DNA of 64,000 nt from Auanema rhodensis (GCA_964057225.1 OZ059900.1:23498001-23562000); one strand, 5' to 3'; shown: positions 13,681 to 29,400, counted from the first letter of the stretch. Program-made: numbers and translations. Notes: generated from the letters alone by a model not told the origin.

Positions 13681-16600
13681 AAATATTTCTCATGGGAAAT
13701 ACTGTGTTTTTGTATTTTTCTAGTGTTCAGCATGTAAAATGCTTCATTTTAGTATGTAACACGCTAAAATTCGTTGCATTTGACGACTCATATGAACAAA
13801 AATCGATTTAATCAATATTAGTCATAAGGGGCGTGCCCTCAGAATATGCTAATTTCCTTAATTTTCTAACCCCTGTTTTTTTGTCGTGAAAGTGGAACTA
13901 GACGTTGTACGAACAATTTTGAGCTAGGTTTCATTGACATTGCATGAGTTTGAACACATGAAATCGTAAGTCAAAACCTTGTTTACAGCGAAATTTCCAA
14001 AAACTGGTTTTCCAGCATAATAAAATATTTCTCATGGGAAATACTGTGTTTTTGTATTTTTCTAGTGTTCAGCATGTAAAATGCTTCATTTTAGTATGTA
14101 ACACGCTGAAATTCGTTGCATTTGACGACTCATATGAACAAAAAATCGATTTAATCAATATTAGCCATAAGGGGCGTGCCCTCAGAATATGCTAATTTCC
14201 TTAATTTTCTAACCCCTGTTTTTTTGTCGTGAAAGTGGAACTAGACGTTGTACAAACAATTTTGAGCTAGGTTTCATTGACATTGCATGAGTTTGAACAC
14301 ATGAAATCGTAAGTCAAAACCTTGTTTACAGCGAAATTTCCAAAAACTGGTTTTCCAGCATAATAAAATATTTCTCATGAGAAATACTGTGTTTTTGTAT
14401 TTTTCTAGTGTTCAGCATGTAAAATGCTTCATTTTAGTATGTAACACGCTGAAATTCGTTGCATTTGACGACTCATATGAACAAAAAATCGATTTAATCA
14501 ATATTAGCCATAAGGGGCGTGCCCTCAGAATATGCTAATTTCCTTAATTTTCTAACCCTTGTTTTTTTGTCGTGAAAGTGGAACTAGACGTTGTACGAAC
14601 AATTTTGAGCTAGGTTTCATTGACATTGCATGAGTTTGAACACATGAAATCGTAAGTCAAAACCTTGTTTACAGCGAAATTTCCAAAAACTGGTTTTCAA
14701 GCATAATAAAATATTTCTTATGGGAAATACTGTGTTTTTGTATTTTTCTAGTGTTCAGCATGTAAAATACTTCATTTTAGTATGTAACACGCTGAAATTC
14801 GTTGCATTTGACGACTCATATGAACAAAAATCGATTTAATCAATATTAGCCATAAGGGGCGTGCCCTCAGAATATGCTAATTTCCTAAATTTTCTAACCC
14901 CTGTTTTTTTGTCGTGAAAGTGGAACTAGACGTTGTACGAACAGTTTTGAGCTAGGTTTCATTGACATTGCATGAGTTTGAACACATGAAATCGTAAGTC
15001 AAAACCTTGTTTACAGCGAAATTTCCAAAAACTGGTTTTCCAGCATAATAAAATATTTCTTATGGGAAATACTGTGTTTTTGTATTTTTCTAGTGTTCAG
15101 CATGTAAAATGCTTCATTTTAGTATGTAACACGCTGAAATTCGTTGCATTTGACGACTCATATGAACAAAAATCGATTTAATCAATATTAGCCATAAGGG
15201 GCGTGCCCTCAGAATATGCTAATTTCCTTAATTTTCTAACCCCTGTTTTTTTGTCGTGAAAGTGGAATTAGACGTTGTAGGAACAATTTTGAGCTAGGTT
15301 TCATTGACATTGCATGAGTTTGAACACATGAAATCGTAAGTCAAAACCTTGTTTACAGCGAAATTTCCAAAAACTGGTTTTCCAGCATAATAAAATATTT
15401 CTTATGGGAAATACTGTGTTTTTGTATTTTTCTAGTGTTCAGCATGTAAAATACTTCATTTTAGTATGTAACACGCTGAAATTCGTTGCATTTGACGACT
15501 CATATGAACAAAAATCGATTTAATCAATATTAGCCATAAGGGGCGTGCCCTCAGAATATGCTAATTTCCTAAATTTTCTAACCCCTGTTTTTTTGTCGTG
15601 AAAGTGGAACTAGACGTTGTACGAACAGTTTTGAGCTAGGTTTCATTGACATTGCATGAGTTTGAACACATGAAATCGTAAGTCAAAACCTTGTTTACAG
15701 CGAAATTTCCAAAAACTGGTTTTCCAGCATAATAAAATATTTCTTATGGGAAATACTGTGTTTTTGTATTTTTCTAGTGTTCAGCATGTAAAATGCTTCA
15801 TTTTAGTATGTAACACGCTGAAATTCGTTGCATTTGACGACTCATATGAACAAAAATCGATTTAATCAATATTAGCCATAAGGGGCGTGCCCTCAGAATA
15901 TGCTAATTTCCTTAATTTTCTAACCCCTGTTTTTTTGTCGTGAAAGTGGAATTAGACGTTGTAGGAACAATTTTGAGCTAGGTTTCATTGACATTGCATG
16001 AGTTTGAACACATGAAATCGTAAGTCAAAACCTTGTTTACAGCGAAATTTCCAAAAACTGGTTTTCCAGCATAATAAAATATTTCTTATGGGAAATACTG
16101 TGTTTTTGTATTTTTCTAGTGTTCAGCATGTAAAATACTTCATTTTAGTATGTAACACGCTGAAATTCGTTGCATTTGACGACTCATATGAACAAAAATC
16201 GATTTAATCAATATTAGCCATAAGGGGCGTGCCCTCAGAATATGCTAATTTCCTAAATTTTCTAACCCCTGTTTTTTTGTCGTGAAAGTGGAACTAGACG
16301 TTGTACGAACAGTTTTGAGCTAGGTTTCATTGACATTGCATGAGTTTGAACACATGAAATCGTAAGTCAAAACCTTGTTTACAGCGAAATTTCCAAAAAC
16401 TGGTTTTCCAGCATAATAAAATATTTCTCATGAGAAATACTGTGTTTTTGTATTTTTCTAGTGTTCAGCATGTAAAATGCTTCATTTTAGTATGTAACAC
16501 GCTGAAATTCGTTGCATTTGACGACTCATATGAACAAAAATCGATTTAATCAATATTAGCCATAAGGGGCGTGCCCTCAGAATATGCTAATTTCCTTAAT

Positions 16601-17444
16601 TTTCTAACCCCTGTTTTTTTGTCGTGAAAGTGGAATTAGACGTTGTAGGAACAATTTTGAGCTAGGTTTCATTGACATTGCATGAGTTTGAACACATGAA
16701 ATCGTAAGTCAAAACCTTGTTTACAGCGAAATTTCCAAAAACTGGTTTTCCAGCATAATAAAATATTTCTCATGGGAAATACTGTGTTTTTGTATTTTTC
16801 TAGTGTTCAGCATGTAAAATACTTCATTTTAGTATGTAACACGCTGAAATTCGTTGCATTTGACGACTCATATGAACAAAAATCGATTTAATCAATATTA
16901 GCCATAAGGGGCGTGCCCTCAGAATATGCTAATTTCCTTAATTTTCTAACCCTTGTTTTTTTGTCGTGAAACTGGAACTAGACGTTGTACAAACAATTTT
17001 GAGCTAGGTTTCATTGACATTGCATGAGTTTGAACACATGAAATCGTAAGTCAAAACCTTGTTTACAGCGAAATTTCCAAAAACTGGTTTTCCAGCATAA
17101 TAAAATATTTCTCATGGGAAATACTGTGTTTTTGTATTTTTCTAGTGTTCAGCATGTAAAATGCTTCATTTTAGTATGTAACACGCTGAAATTCGTTGCA
17201 TTTGACGACTCATATGAACAAAAATCGATTTAATCAGTATTAGTCATAAGGGGCGTGCCCTCAGAATATGCTAATTTCCTTAATTTTCTAACCCCTGTTT
17301 TTTTGTCGTGAAAGTGGAACTAGACGTTGTACGAACAATTTTGAGCTAGGTTTCATTGACATTGCATGAGTTTGAACACATGAAATCGTAAGTCAAAACC
17401 TTGTTTACAGCGAAATTTCCAAAAACTGGTTTTCCAGCATAATA
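13681..17444 (+). repeat. 11-mer HOR variant containing atypical monomers
   Basis: A' at 13681 (86A, 142T but 135A), then two 343-bp monomers at 14023 and 14366, then C-D-C-D-C-D*-E-F. D* at 16419 carries CTCATGAG. Confidence 0.85.
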
Positions 17445-20400
17445 AAATATTTCTCATGGGAAATACTGTGTTTTTGTATTTTTCTAGTGTTCAGCATGTA
17501 AAATGCTTCATTTTAGTATGTAACACGCTAAAATTCGTTGCATTTGACGACTCATATGAACAAAAATCGATTTAATCAGTATTAGTCATAAGGGGCGTGC
17601 CCTCAGAATATGCTAATTTCCTTAATTTTCTAACCCCTGTTTTTTTGTCGTGAAAGTGGAACTAGACGTTGTACGAACAATTTTGAGCTAGGTTTCATTG
17701 ACATTGCATGAGTTTGAACACATGAAATCGTAAGTCAAAACCTTGTTTACAGCGAAATTTCCAAAAACTGGTTTTCCAGCATAATAAAATATTTCTCATG
17801 GGAAATACTGTGTTTTTGTATTTTTCTAGTGTTCAGCATGTAAAATGCTTCATTTTAGTATGTAACACGCTGAAATTCGTTGCATTTGACGACTCATATG
17901 AACAAAAATCGATTTAATCAATATTAGCCATAAGGGGCGTGCCCTCAGAATATGCTAATTTCCTTAATTTTCTAACCCCTGTTTTTTTGTCGTGAAAGTG
18001 GAACTAGACGTTGTACGAACAATTTTGAGCTAGGTTTCATTGACATTGCATGAGTTTGAACACATGAAATCGTAAGTCAAAACCTTGTTTACAGCGAAAT
18101 TTCCAAAAACTGGTTTTCAAGCATAATAAAATATTTCTTATGGGAAATACTGTGTTTTTGTATTTTTCTAGTGTTCAGCATGTAAAATACTTCATTTTAG
18201 TATGTAACACGCTGAAATTCGTTGCATTTGACGACTCATATGAACAAAAATCGATTTAATCAATATTAGCCATAAGGGGCGTGCCCTCAGAATATGCTAA
18301 TTTCCTAAATTTTCTAACCCCTGTTTTTTTGTCGTGAAAGTGGAACTAGACGTTGTACGAACAGTTTTGAGCTAGGTTTCATTGACATTGCATGAGTTTG
18401 AACACATGAAATCGTAAGTCAAAACCTTGTTTACAGCGAAATTTCCAAAAACTGGTTTTCCAGCATAATAAAATATTTCTTATGGGAAATACTGTGTTTT
18501 TGTATTTTTCTAGTGTTCAGCATGTAAAATGCTTCATTTTAGTATGTAACACGCTGAAATTCGTTGCATTTGACGACTCATATGAACAAAAATCGATTTA
18601 ATCAATATTAGCCATAAGGGGCGTGCCCTCAGAATATGCTAATTTCCTTAATTTTCTAACCCCTGTTTTTTTGTCGTGAAAGTGGAATTAGACGTTGTAG
18701 GAACAATTTTGAGCTAGGTTTCATTGACATTGCATGAGTTTGAACACATGAAATCGTAAGTCAAAACCTTGTTTACAGCGAAATTTCCAAAAACTGGTTT
18801 TCCAGCATAATAAAATATTTCTTATGGGAAATACTGTGTTTTTGTATTTTTCTAGTGTTCAGCATGTAAAATACTTCATTTTAGTATGTAACACGCTGAA
18901 ATTCGTTGCATTTGACGACTCATATGAACAAAAATCGATTTAATCAATATTAGCCATAAGGGGCGTGCCCTCAGAATATGCTAATTTCCTAAATTTTCTA
19001 ACCCCTGTTTTTTTGTCGTGAAAGTGGAACTAGACGTTGTACGAACAGTTTTGAGCTAGGTTTCATTGACATTGCATGAGTTTGAACACATGAAATCGTA
19101 AGTCAAAACCTTGTTTACAGCGAAATTTCCAAAAACTGGTTTTCCAGCATAATAAAATATTTCTTATGGGAAATACTGTGTTTTTGTATTTTTCTAGTGT
19201 TCAGCATGTAAAATGCTTCATTTTAGTATGTAACACGCTGAAATTCGTTGCATTTGACGACTCATATGAACAAAAATCGATTTAATCAATATTAGCCATA
19301 AGGGGCGTGCCCTCAGAATATGCTAATTTCCTTAATTTTCTAACCCCTGTTTTTTTGTCGTGAAAGTGGAATTAGACGTTGTAGGAACAATTTTGAGCTA
19401 GGTTTCATTGACATTGCATGAGTTTGAACACATGAAATCGTAAGTCAAAACCTTGTTTACAGCGAAATTTCCAAAAACTGGTTTTCCAGCATAATAAAAT
19501 ATTTCTTATGGGAAATACTGTGTTTTTGTATTTTTCTAGTGTTCAGCATGTAAAATACTTCATTTTAGTATGTAACACGCTGAAATTCGTTGCATTTGAC
19601 GACTCATATGAACAAAAATCGATTTAATCAATATTAGCCATAAGGGGCGTGCCCTCAGAATATGCTAATTTCCTAAATTTTCTAACCCCTGTTTTTTTGT
19701 CGTGAAAGTGGAACTAGACGTTGTACGAACAGTTTTGAGCTAGGTTTCATTGACATTGCATGAGTTTGAACACATGAAATCGTAAGTCAAAACCTTGTTT
19801 ACAGCGAAATTTCCAAAAACTGGTTTTCCAGCATAATAAAATATTTCTTATGGGAAATACTGTGTTTTTGTATTTTTCTAGTGTTCAGCATGTAAAATGC
19901 TTCATTTTAGTATGTAACACGCTGAAATTCGTTGCATTTGACGACTCATATGAACAAAAATCGATTTAATCAATATTAGCCATAAGGGGCGTGCCCTCAG
20001 AATATGCTAATTTCCTTAATTTTCTAACCCCTGTTTTTTTGTCGTGAAAGTGGAATTAGACGTTGTAGGAACAATTTTGAGCTAGGTTTCATTGACATTG
20101 CATGAGTTTGAACACATGAAATCGTAAGTCAAAACCTTGTTTACAGCGAAATTTCCAAAAACTGGTTTTCCAGCATAATAAAATATTTCTCATGGGAAAT
20201 ACTGTGTTTTTGTATTTTTCTAGTGTTCAGCATGTAAAATACTTCATTTTAGTATGTAACACGCTGAAATTCGTTGCATTTGACGACTCATATGAACAAA
20301 AATCGATTTAATCAATATTAGCCATAAGGGGCGTGCCCTCAGAATATGCTAATTTCCTTAATTTTCTAACCCTTGTTTTTTTGTCGTGAAACTGGAACTA

Positions 20401-23400
20401 GACGTTGTACAAACAATTTTGAGCTAGGTTTCATTGACATTGCATGAGTTTGAACACATGAAATCGTAAGTCAAAACCTTGTTTACAGCGAAATTTCCAA
20501 AAACTGGTTTTCCAGCATAATAAAATATTTCTCATGGGAAATACTGTGTTTTTGTATTTTTCTAGTGTTCAGCATGTAAAATGCTTCATTTTAGTATGTA
20601 ACACGCTGAAATTCGTTGCATTTGACGACTCATATGAACAAAAATCGATTTAATCAGTATTAGTCATAAGGGGCGTGCCCTCAGAATATGCTAATTTCCT
20701 TAATTTTCTAACCCCTGTTTTTTTGTCGTGAAAGTGGAACTAGACGTTGTACGAACAATTTTGAGCTAGGTTTCATTGACATTGCATGAGTTTGAACACA
20801 TGAAATCGTAAGTCAAAACCTTGTTTACAGCGAAATTTCCAAAAACTGGTTTTCCAGCATAATAAAATATTTCTCATGGGAAATACTGTGTTTTTGTATT
20901 TTTCTAGTGTTCAGCATGTAAAATGCTTCATTTTAGTATGTAACACGCTAAAATTCGTTGCATTTGACGACTCATATGAACAAAAATCGATTTAATCAGT
21001 ATTAGTCATAAGGGGCGTGCCCTCAGAATATGCTAATTTCCTTAATTTTCTAACCCCTGTTTTTTTGTCGTGAAAGTGGAACTAGACGTTGTACGAACAA
21101 TTTTGAGCTAGGTTTCATTGACATTGCATGAGTTTGAACACATGAAATCGTAAGTCAAAACCTTGTTTACAGCGAAATTTCCAAAAACTGGTTTTCCAGC
21201 ATAATAAAATATTTCTCATGGGAAATACTGTGTTTTTGTATTTTTCTAGTGTTCAGCATGTAAAATGCTTCATTTTAGTATGTAACACGCTGAAATTCGT
21301 TGCATTTGACGACTCATATGAACAAAAATCGATTTAATCAATATTAGCCATAAGGGGCGTGCCCTCAGAATATGCTAATTTCCTTAATTTTCTAACCCCT
21401 GTTTTTTTGTCGTGAAAGTGGAACTAGACGTTGTACGAACAATTTTGAGCTAGGTTTCATTGACATTGCATGAGTTTGAACACATGAAATCGTAAGTCAA
21501 AACCTTGTTTACAGCGAAATTTCCAAAAACTGGTTTTCAAGCATAATAAAATATTTCTTATGGGAAATACTGTGTTTTTGTATTTTTCTAGTGTTCAGCA
21601 TGTAAAATACTTCATTTTAGTATGTAACACGCTGAAATTCGTTGCATTTGACGACTCATATGAACAAAAATCGATTTAATCAATATTAGCCATAAGGGGC
21701 GTGCCCTCAGAATATGCTAATTTCCTAAATTTTCTAACCCCTGTTTTTTTGTCGTGAAAGTGGAACTAGACGTTGTACGAACAGTTTTGAGCTAGGTTTC
21801 ATTGACATTGCATGAGTTTGAACACATGAAATCGTAAGTCAAAACCTTGTTTACAGCGAAATTTCCAAAAACTGGTTTTCCAGCATAATAAAATATTTCT
21901 TATGGGAAATACTGTGTTTTTGTATTTTTCTAGTGTTCAGCATGTAAAATGCTTCATTTTAGTATGTAACACGCTGAAATTCGTTGCATTTGACGACTCA
22001 TATGAACAAAAATCGATTTAATCAATATTAGCCATAAGGGGCGTGCCCTCAGAATATGCTAATTTCCTTAATTTTCTAACCCCTGTTTTTTTGTCGTGAA
22101 AGTGGAATTAGACGTTGTAGGAACAATTTTGAGCTAGGTTTCATTGACATTGCATGAGTTTGAACACATGAAATCGTAAGTCAAAACCTTGTTTACAGCG
22201 AAATTTCCAAAAACTGGTTTTCCAGCATAATAAAATATTTCTTATGGGAAATACTGTGTTTTTGTATTTTTCTAGTGTTCAGCATGTAAAATACTTCATT
22301 TTAGTATGTAACACGCTGAAATTCGTTGCATTTGACGACTCATATGAACAAAAATCGATTTAATCAATATTAGCCATAAGGGGCGTGCCCTCAGAATATG
22401 CTAATTTCCTAAATTTTCTAACCCCTGTTTTTTTGTCGTGAAAGTGGAACTAGACGTTGTACGAACAGTTTTGAGCTAGGTTTCATTGACATTGCATGAG
22501 TTTGAACACATGAAATCGTAAGTCAAAACCTTGTTTACAGCGAAATTTCCAAAAACTGGTTTTCCAGCATAATAAAATATTTCTTATGGGAAATACTGTG
22601 TTTTTGTATTTTTCTAGTGTTCAGCATGTAAAATGCTTCATTTTAGTATGTAACACGCTGAAATTCGTTGCATTTGACGACTCATATGAACAAAAATCGA
22701 TTTAATCAATATTAGCCATAAGGGGCGTGCCCTCAGAATATGCTAATTTCCTTAATTTTCTAACCCCTGTTTTTTTGTCGTGAAAGTGGAATTAGACGTT
22801 GTAGGAACAATTTTGAGCTAGGTTTCATTGACATTGCATGAGTTTGAACACATGAAATCGTAAGTCAAAACCTTGTTTACAGCGAAATTTCCAAAAACTG
22901 GTTTTCCAGCATAATAAAATATTTCTTATGGGAAATACTGTGTTTTTGTATTTTTCTAGTGTTCAGCATGTAAAATACTTCATTTTAGTATGTAACACGC
23001 TGAAATTCGTTGCATTTGACGACTCATATGAACAAAAATCGATTTAATCAATATTAGCCATAAGGGGCGTGCCCTCAGAATATGCTAATTTCCTAAATTT
23101 TCTAACCCCTGTTTTTTTGTCGTGAAAGTGGAACTAGACGTTGTACGAACAGTTTTGAGCTAGGTTTCATTGACATTGCATGAGTTTGAACACATGAAAT
23201 CGTAAGTCAAAACCTTGTTTACAGCGAAATTTCCAAAAACTGGTTTTCCAGCATAATAAAATATTTCTTATGGGAAATACTGTGTTTTTGTATTTTTCTA
23301 GTGTTCAGCATGTAAAATGCTTCATTTTAGTATGTAACACGCTGAAATTCGTTGCATTTGACGACTCATATGAACAAAAATCGATTTAATCAATATTAGC

Positions 23401-26400
23401 CATAAGGGGCGTGCCCTCAGAATATGCTAATTTCCTTAATTTTCTAACCCCTGTTTTTTTGTCGTGAAAGTGGAATTAGACGTTGTAGGAACAATTTTGA
23501 GCTAGGTTTCATTGACATTGCATGAGTTTGAACACATGAAATCGTAAGTCAAAACCTTGTTTACAGCGAAATTTCCAAAAACTGGTTTTCCAGCATAATA
23601 AAATATTTCTCATGGGAAATACTGTGTTTTTGTATTTTTCTAGTGTTCAGCATGTAAAATACTTCATTTTAGTATGTAACACGCTGAAATTCGTTGCATT
23701 TGACGACTCATATGAACAAAAATCGATTTAATCAATATTAGCCATAAGGGGCGTGCCCTCAGAATATGCTAATTTCCTTAATTTTCTAACCCTTGTTTTT
23801 TTGTCGTGAAACTGGAACTAGACGTTGTACAAACAATTTTGAGCTAGGTTTCATTGACATTGCATGAGTTTGAACACATGAAATCGTAAGTCAAAACCTT
23901 GTTTACAGCGAAATTTCCAAAAACTGGTTTTCCAGCATAATAAAATATTTCTCATGGGAAATACTGTGTTTTTGTATTTTTCTAGTGTTCAGCATGTAAA
24001 ATGCTTCATTTTGATATGTAACACGCTGAAATTCGTTGCATTTGACGACTCATATGAACAAAAATCGATTTAATCAGTATTAGTCATAAGGGGCGTGCCC
24101 TCAGAATATGCTAATTTCCTTAATTTTCTAACCCCTGTTTTTTTGTCGTGAAAGTGGAACTAGACGTTGTACGAACAATTTTGAGCTAGGTTTCATTGAC
24201 ATTGCATGAGTTTGAACACATGAAATCGTAAGTCAAAACCTTGTTTACAGCGAAATTTCCAAAAACTGGTTTTCCAGCATAATAAAATATTTCTCATGGG
24301 AAATACTGTGTTTTTGTATTTTTCTAGTGTTCAGCATGTAAAATGCTTCATTTTAGTATGTAACACGCTAAAATTCGTTGCATTTGACGACTCATATGAA
24401 CAAAAATCGATTTAATCAGTATTAGTCATAAGGGGCGTGCCCTCAGAATATGCTAATTTCCTTAATTTTCTAACCCCTGTTTTTTTGTCGTGAAAGTGGA
24501 ACTAGACGTTGTACGAACAATTTTGAGCTAGGTTTCATTGACATTGCATGAGTTTGAACACATGAAATCGTAAGTCAAAACCTTGTTTACAGCGAAATTT
24601 CCAAAAACTGGTTTTCCAGCATAATAAAATATTTCTCATGGGAAATACTGTGTTTTTGTATTTTTCTAGTGTTCAGCATGTAAAATGCTTCATTTTAGTA
24701 TGTAACACGCTGAAATTCGTTGCATTTGACGACTCATATGAACAAAAATCGATTTAATCAATATTAGCCATAAGGGGCGTGCCCTCAGAATATGCTAATT
24801 TCCTTAATTTTCTAACCCCTGTTTTTTTGTCGTGAAAGTGGAACTAGACGTTGTACGAACAATTTTGAGCTAGGTTTCATTGACATTGCATGAGTTTGAA
24901 CACATGAAATCGTAAGTCAAAACCTTGTTTACAGCGAAATTTCCAAAAACTGGTTTTCAAGCATAATAAAATATTTCTTATGGGAAATACTGTGTTTTTG
25001 TATTTTTCTAGTGTTCAGCATGTAAAATACTTCATTTTAGTATGTAACACGCTGAAATTCGTTGCATTTGACGACTCATATGAACAAAAATCGATTTAAT
25101 CAATATTAGCCATAAGGGGCGTGCCCTCAGAATATGCTAATTTCCTAAATTTTCTAACCCCTGTTTTTTTGTCGTGAAAGTGGAACTAGACGTTGTACGA
25201 ACAGTTTTGAGCTAGGTTTCATTGACATTGCATGAGTTTGAACACATGAAATCGTAAGTCAAAACCTTGTTTACAGCGAAATTTCCAAAAACTGGTTTTC
25301 CAGCATAATAAAATATTTCTTATGGGAAATACTGTGTTTTTGTATTTTTCTAGTGTTCAGCATGTAAAATGCTTCATTTTAGTATGTAACACGCTGAAAT
25401 TCGTTGCATTTGACGACTCATATGAACAAAAATCGATTTAATCAATATTAGCCATAAGGGGCGTGCCCTCAGAATATGCTAATTTCCTTAATTTTCTAAC
25501 CCCTGTTTTTTTGTCGTGAAAGTGGAATTAGACGTTGTAGGAACAATTTTGAGCTAGGTTTCATTGACATTGCATGAGTTTGAACACATGAAATCGTAAG
25601 TCAAAACCTTGTTTACAGCGAAATTTCCAAAAACTGGTTTTCCAGCATAATAAAATATTTCTTATGGGAAATACTGTGTTTTTGTATTTTTCTAGTGTTC
25701 AGCATGTAAAATACTTCATTTTAGTATGTAACACGCTGAAATTCGTTGCATTTGACGACTCATATGAACAAAAATCGATTTAATCAATATTAGCCATAAG
25801 GGGCGTGCCCTCAGAATATGCTAATTTCCTAAATTTTCTAACCCCTGTTTTTTTGTCGTGAAAGTGGAACTAGACGTTGTACGAACAGTTTTGAGCTAGG
25901 TTTCATTGACATTGCATGAGTTTGAACACATGAAATCGTAAGTCAAAACCTTGTTTACAGCGAAATTTCCAAAAACTGGTTTTCCAGCATAATAAAATAT
26001 TTCTTATGGGAAATACTGTGTTTTTGTATTTTTCTAGTGTTCAGCATGTAAAATGCTTCATTTTAGTATGTAACACGCTGAAATTCGTTGCATTTGACGA
26101 CTCATATGAACAAAAATCGATTTAATCAATATTAGCCATAAGGGGCGTGCCCTCAGAATATGCTAATTTCCTTAATTTTCTAACCCCTGTTTTTTTGTCG
26201 TGAAAGTGGAATTAGACGTTGTAGGAACAATTTTGAGCTAGGTTTCATTGACATTGCATGAGTTTGAACACATGAAATCGTAAGTCAAAACCTTGTTTAC
26301 AGCGAAATTTCCAAAAACTGGTTTTCCAGCATAATAAAATATTTCTTATGGGAAATACTGTGTTTTTGTATTTTTCTAGTGTTCAGCATGTAAAATACTT

Positions 26401-29400
26401 CATTTTAGTATGTAACACGCTGAAATTCGTTGCATTTGACGACTCATATGAACAAAAATCGATTTAATCAATATTAGCCATAAGGGGCGTGCCCTCAGAA
26501 TATGCTAATTTCCTAAATTTTCTAACCCCTGTTTTTTTGTCGTGAAAGTGGAACTAGACGTTGTACGAACAGTTTTGAGCTAGGTTTCATTGACATTGCA
26601 TGAGTTTGAACACATGAAATCGTAAGTCAAAACCTTGTTTACAGCGAAATTTCCAAAAACTGGTTTTCCAGCATAATAAAATATTTCTTATGGGAAATAC
26701 TGTGTTTTTGTATTTTTCTAGTGTTCAGCATGTAAAATGCTTCATTTTAGTATGTAACACGCTGAAATTCGTTGCATTTGACGACTCATATGAACAAAAA
26801 TCGATTTAATCAATATTAGCCATAAGGGGCGTGCCCTCAGAATATGCTAATTTCCTTAATTTTCTAACCCCTGTTTTTTTGTCGTGAAAGTGGAATTAGA
26901 CGTTGTAGGAACAATTTTGAGCTAGGTTTCATTGACATTGCATGAGTTTGAACACATGAAATCGTAAGTCAAAACCTTGTTTACAGCGAAATTTCCAAAA
27001 ACTGGTTTTCCAGCATAATAAAATATTTCTCATGGGAAATACTGTGTTTTTGTATTTTTCTAGTGTTCAGCATGTAAAATACTTCATTTTAGTATGTAAC
27101 ACGCTGAAATTCGTTGCATTTGACGACTCATATGAACAAAAATCGATTTAATCAATATTAGCCATAAGGGGCGTGCCCTCAGAATATGCTAATTTCCTTA
27201 ATTTTCTAACCCTTGTTTTTTTGTCGTGAAACTGGAACTAGACGTTGTACAAACAATTTTGAGCTAGGTTTCATTGACATTGCATGAGTTTGAACACATG
27301 AAATCGTAAGTCAAAACCTTGTTTACAGCGAAATTTCCAAAAACTGGTTTTCCAGCATAATAAAATATTTCTCATGGGAAATACTGTGTTTTTGTATTTT
27401 TCTAGTGTTCAGCATGTAAAATGCTTCATTTTAGTATGTAACACGCTGAAATTCGTTGCATTTGACGACTCATATGAACAAAAATCGATTTAATCAGTAT
27501 TAGTCATAAGGGGCGTGCCCTCAGAATATGCTAATTTCCTTAATTTTCTAACCCCTGTTTTTTTGTCGTGAAAGTGGAACTAGACGTTGTACGAACAATT
27601 TTGAGCTAGGTTTCATTGACATTGCATGAGTTTGAACACATGAAATCGTAAGTCAAAACCTTGTTTACAGCGAAATTTCCAAAAACTGGTTTTCCAGCAT
27701 AATAAAATATTTCTCATGGGAAATACTGTGTTTTTGTATTTTTCTAGTGTTCAGCATGTAAAATGCTTCATTTTAGTATGTAACACGCTAAAATTCGTTG
27801 CATTTGACGACTCATATGAACAAAAATCGATTTAATCAGTATTAGTCATAAGGGGCGTGCCCTCAGAATATGCTAATTTCCTTAATTTTCTAACCCCTGT
27901 TTTTTTGTCGTGAAAGTGGAACTAGACGTTGTACGAACAATTTTGAGCTAGGTTTCATTGACATTGCATGAGTTTGAACACATGAAATCGTAAGTCAAAA
28001 CCTTGTTTACAGCGAAATTTCCAAAAACTGGTTTTCCAGCATAATAAAATATTTCTCATGGGAAATACTGTGTTTTTGTATTTTTCTAGTGTTCAGCATG
28101 TAAAATGCTTCATTTTAGTATGTAACACGCTGAAATTCGTTGCATTTGACGACTCATATGAACAAAAATCGATTTAATCAATATTAGCCATAAGGGGCGT
28201 GCCCTCAGAATATGCTAATTTCCTTAATTTTCTAACCCCTGTTTTTTTGTCGTGAAAGTGGAACTAGACGTTGTACGAACAATTTTGAGCTAGGTTTCAT
28301 TGACATTGCATGAGTTTGAACACATGAAATCGTAAGTCAAAACCTTGTTTACAGCGAAATTTCCAAAAACTGGTTTTCAAGCATAATAAAATATTTCTTA
28401 TGGGAAATACTGTGTTTTTGTATTTTTCTAGTGTTCAGCATGTAAAATACTTCATTTTAGTATGTAACACGCTGAAATTCGTTGCATTTGACGACTCATA
28501 TGAACAAAAATCGATTTAATCAATATTAGCCATAAGGGGCGTGCCCTCAGAATATGCTAATTTCCTAAATTTTCTAACCCCTGTTTTTTTGTCGTGAAAG
28601 TGGAACTAGACGTTGTACGAACAGTTTTGAGCTAGGTTTCATTGACATTGCATGAGTTTGAACACATGAAATCGTAAGTCAAAACCTTGTTTACAGCGAA
28701 ATTTCCAAAAACTGGTTTTCCAGCATAATAAAATATTTCTTATGGGAAATACTGTGTTTTTGTATTTTTCTAGTGTTCAGCATGTAAAATGCTTCATTTT
28801 AGTATGTAACACGCTGAAATTCGTTGCATTTGACGACTCATATGAACAAAAATCGATTTAATCAATATTAGCCATAAGGGGCGTGCCCTCAGAATATGCT
28901 AATTTCCTTAATTTTCTAACCCCTGTTTTTTTGTCGTGAAAGTGGAATTAGACGTTGTAGGAACAATTTTGAGCTAGGTTTCATTGACATTGCATGAGTT
29001 TGAACACATGAAATCGTAAGTCAAAACCTTGTTTACAGCGAAATTTCCAAAAACTGGTTTTCCAGCATAATAAAATATTTCTTATGGGAAATACTGTGTT
29101 TTTGTATTTTTCTAGTGTTCAGCATGTAAAATACTTCATTTTAGTATGTAACACGCTGAAATTCGTTGCATTTGACGACTCATATGAACAAAAATCGATT
29201 TAATCAATATTAGCCATAAGGGGCGTGCCCTCAGAATATGCTAATTTCCTAAATTTTCTAACCCCTGTTTTTTTGTCGTGAAAGTGGAACTAGACGTTGT
29301 ACGAACAGTTTTGAGCTAGGTTTCATTGACATTGCATGAGTTTGAACACATGAAATCGTAAGTCAAAACCTTGTTTACAGCGAAATTTCCAAAAACTGGT

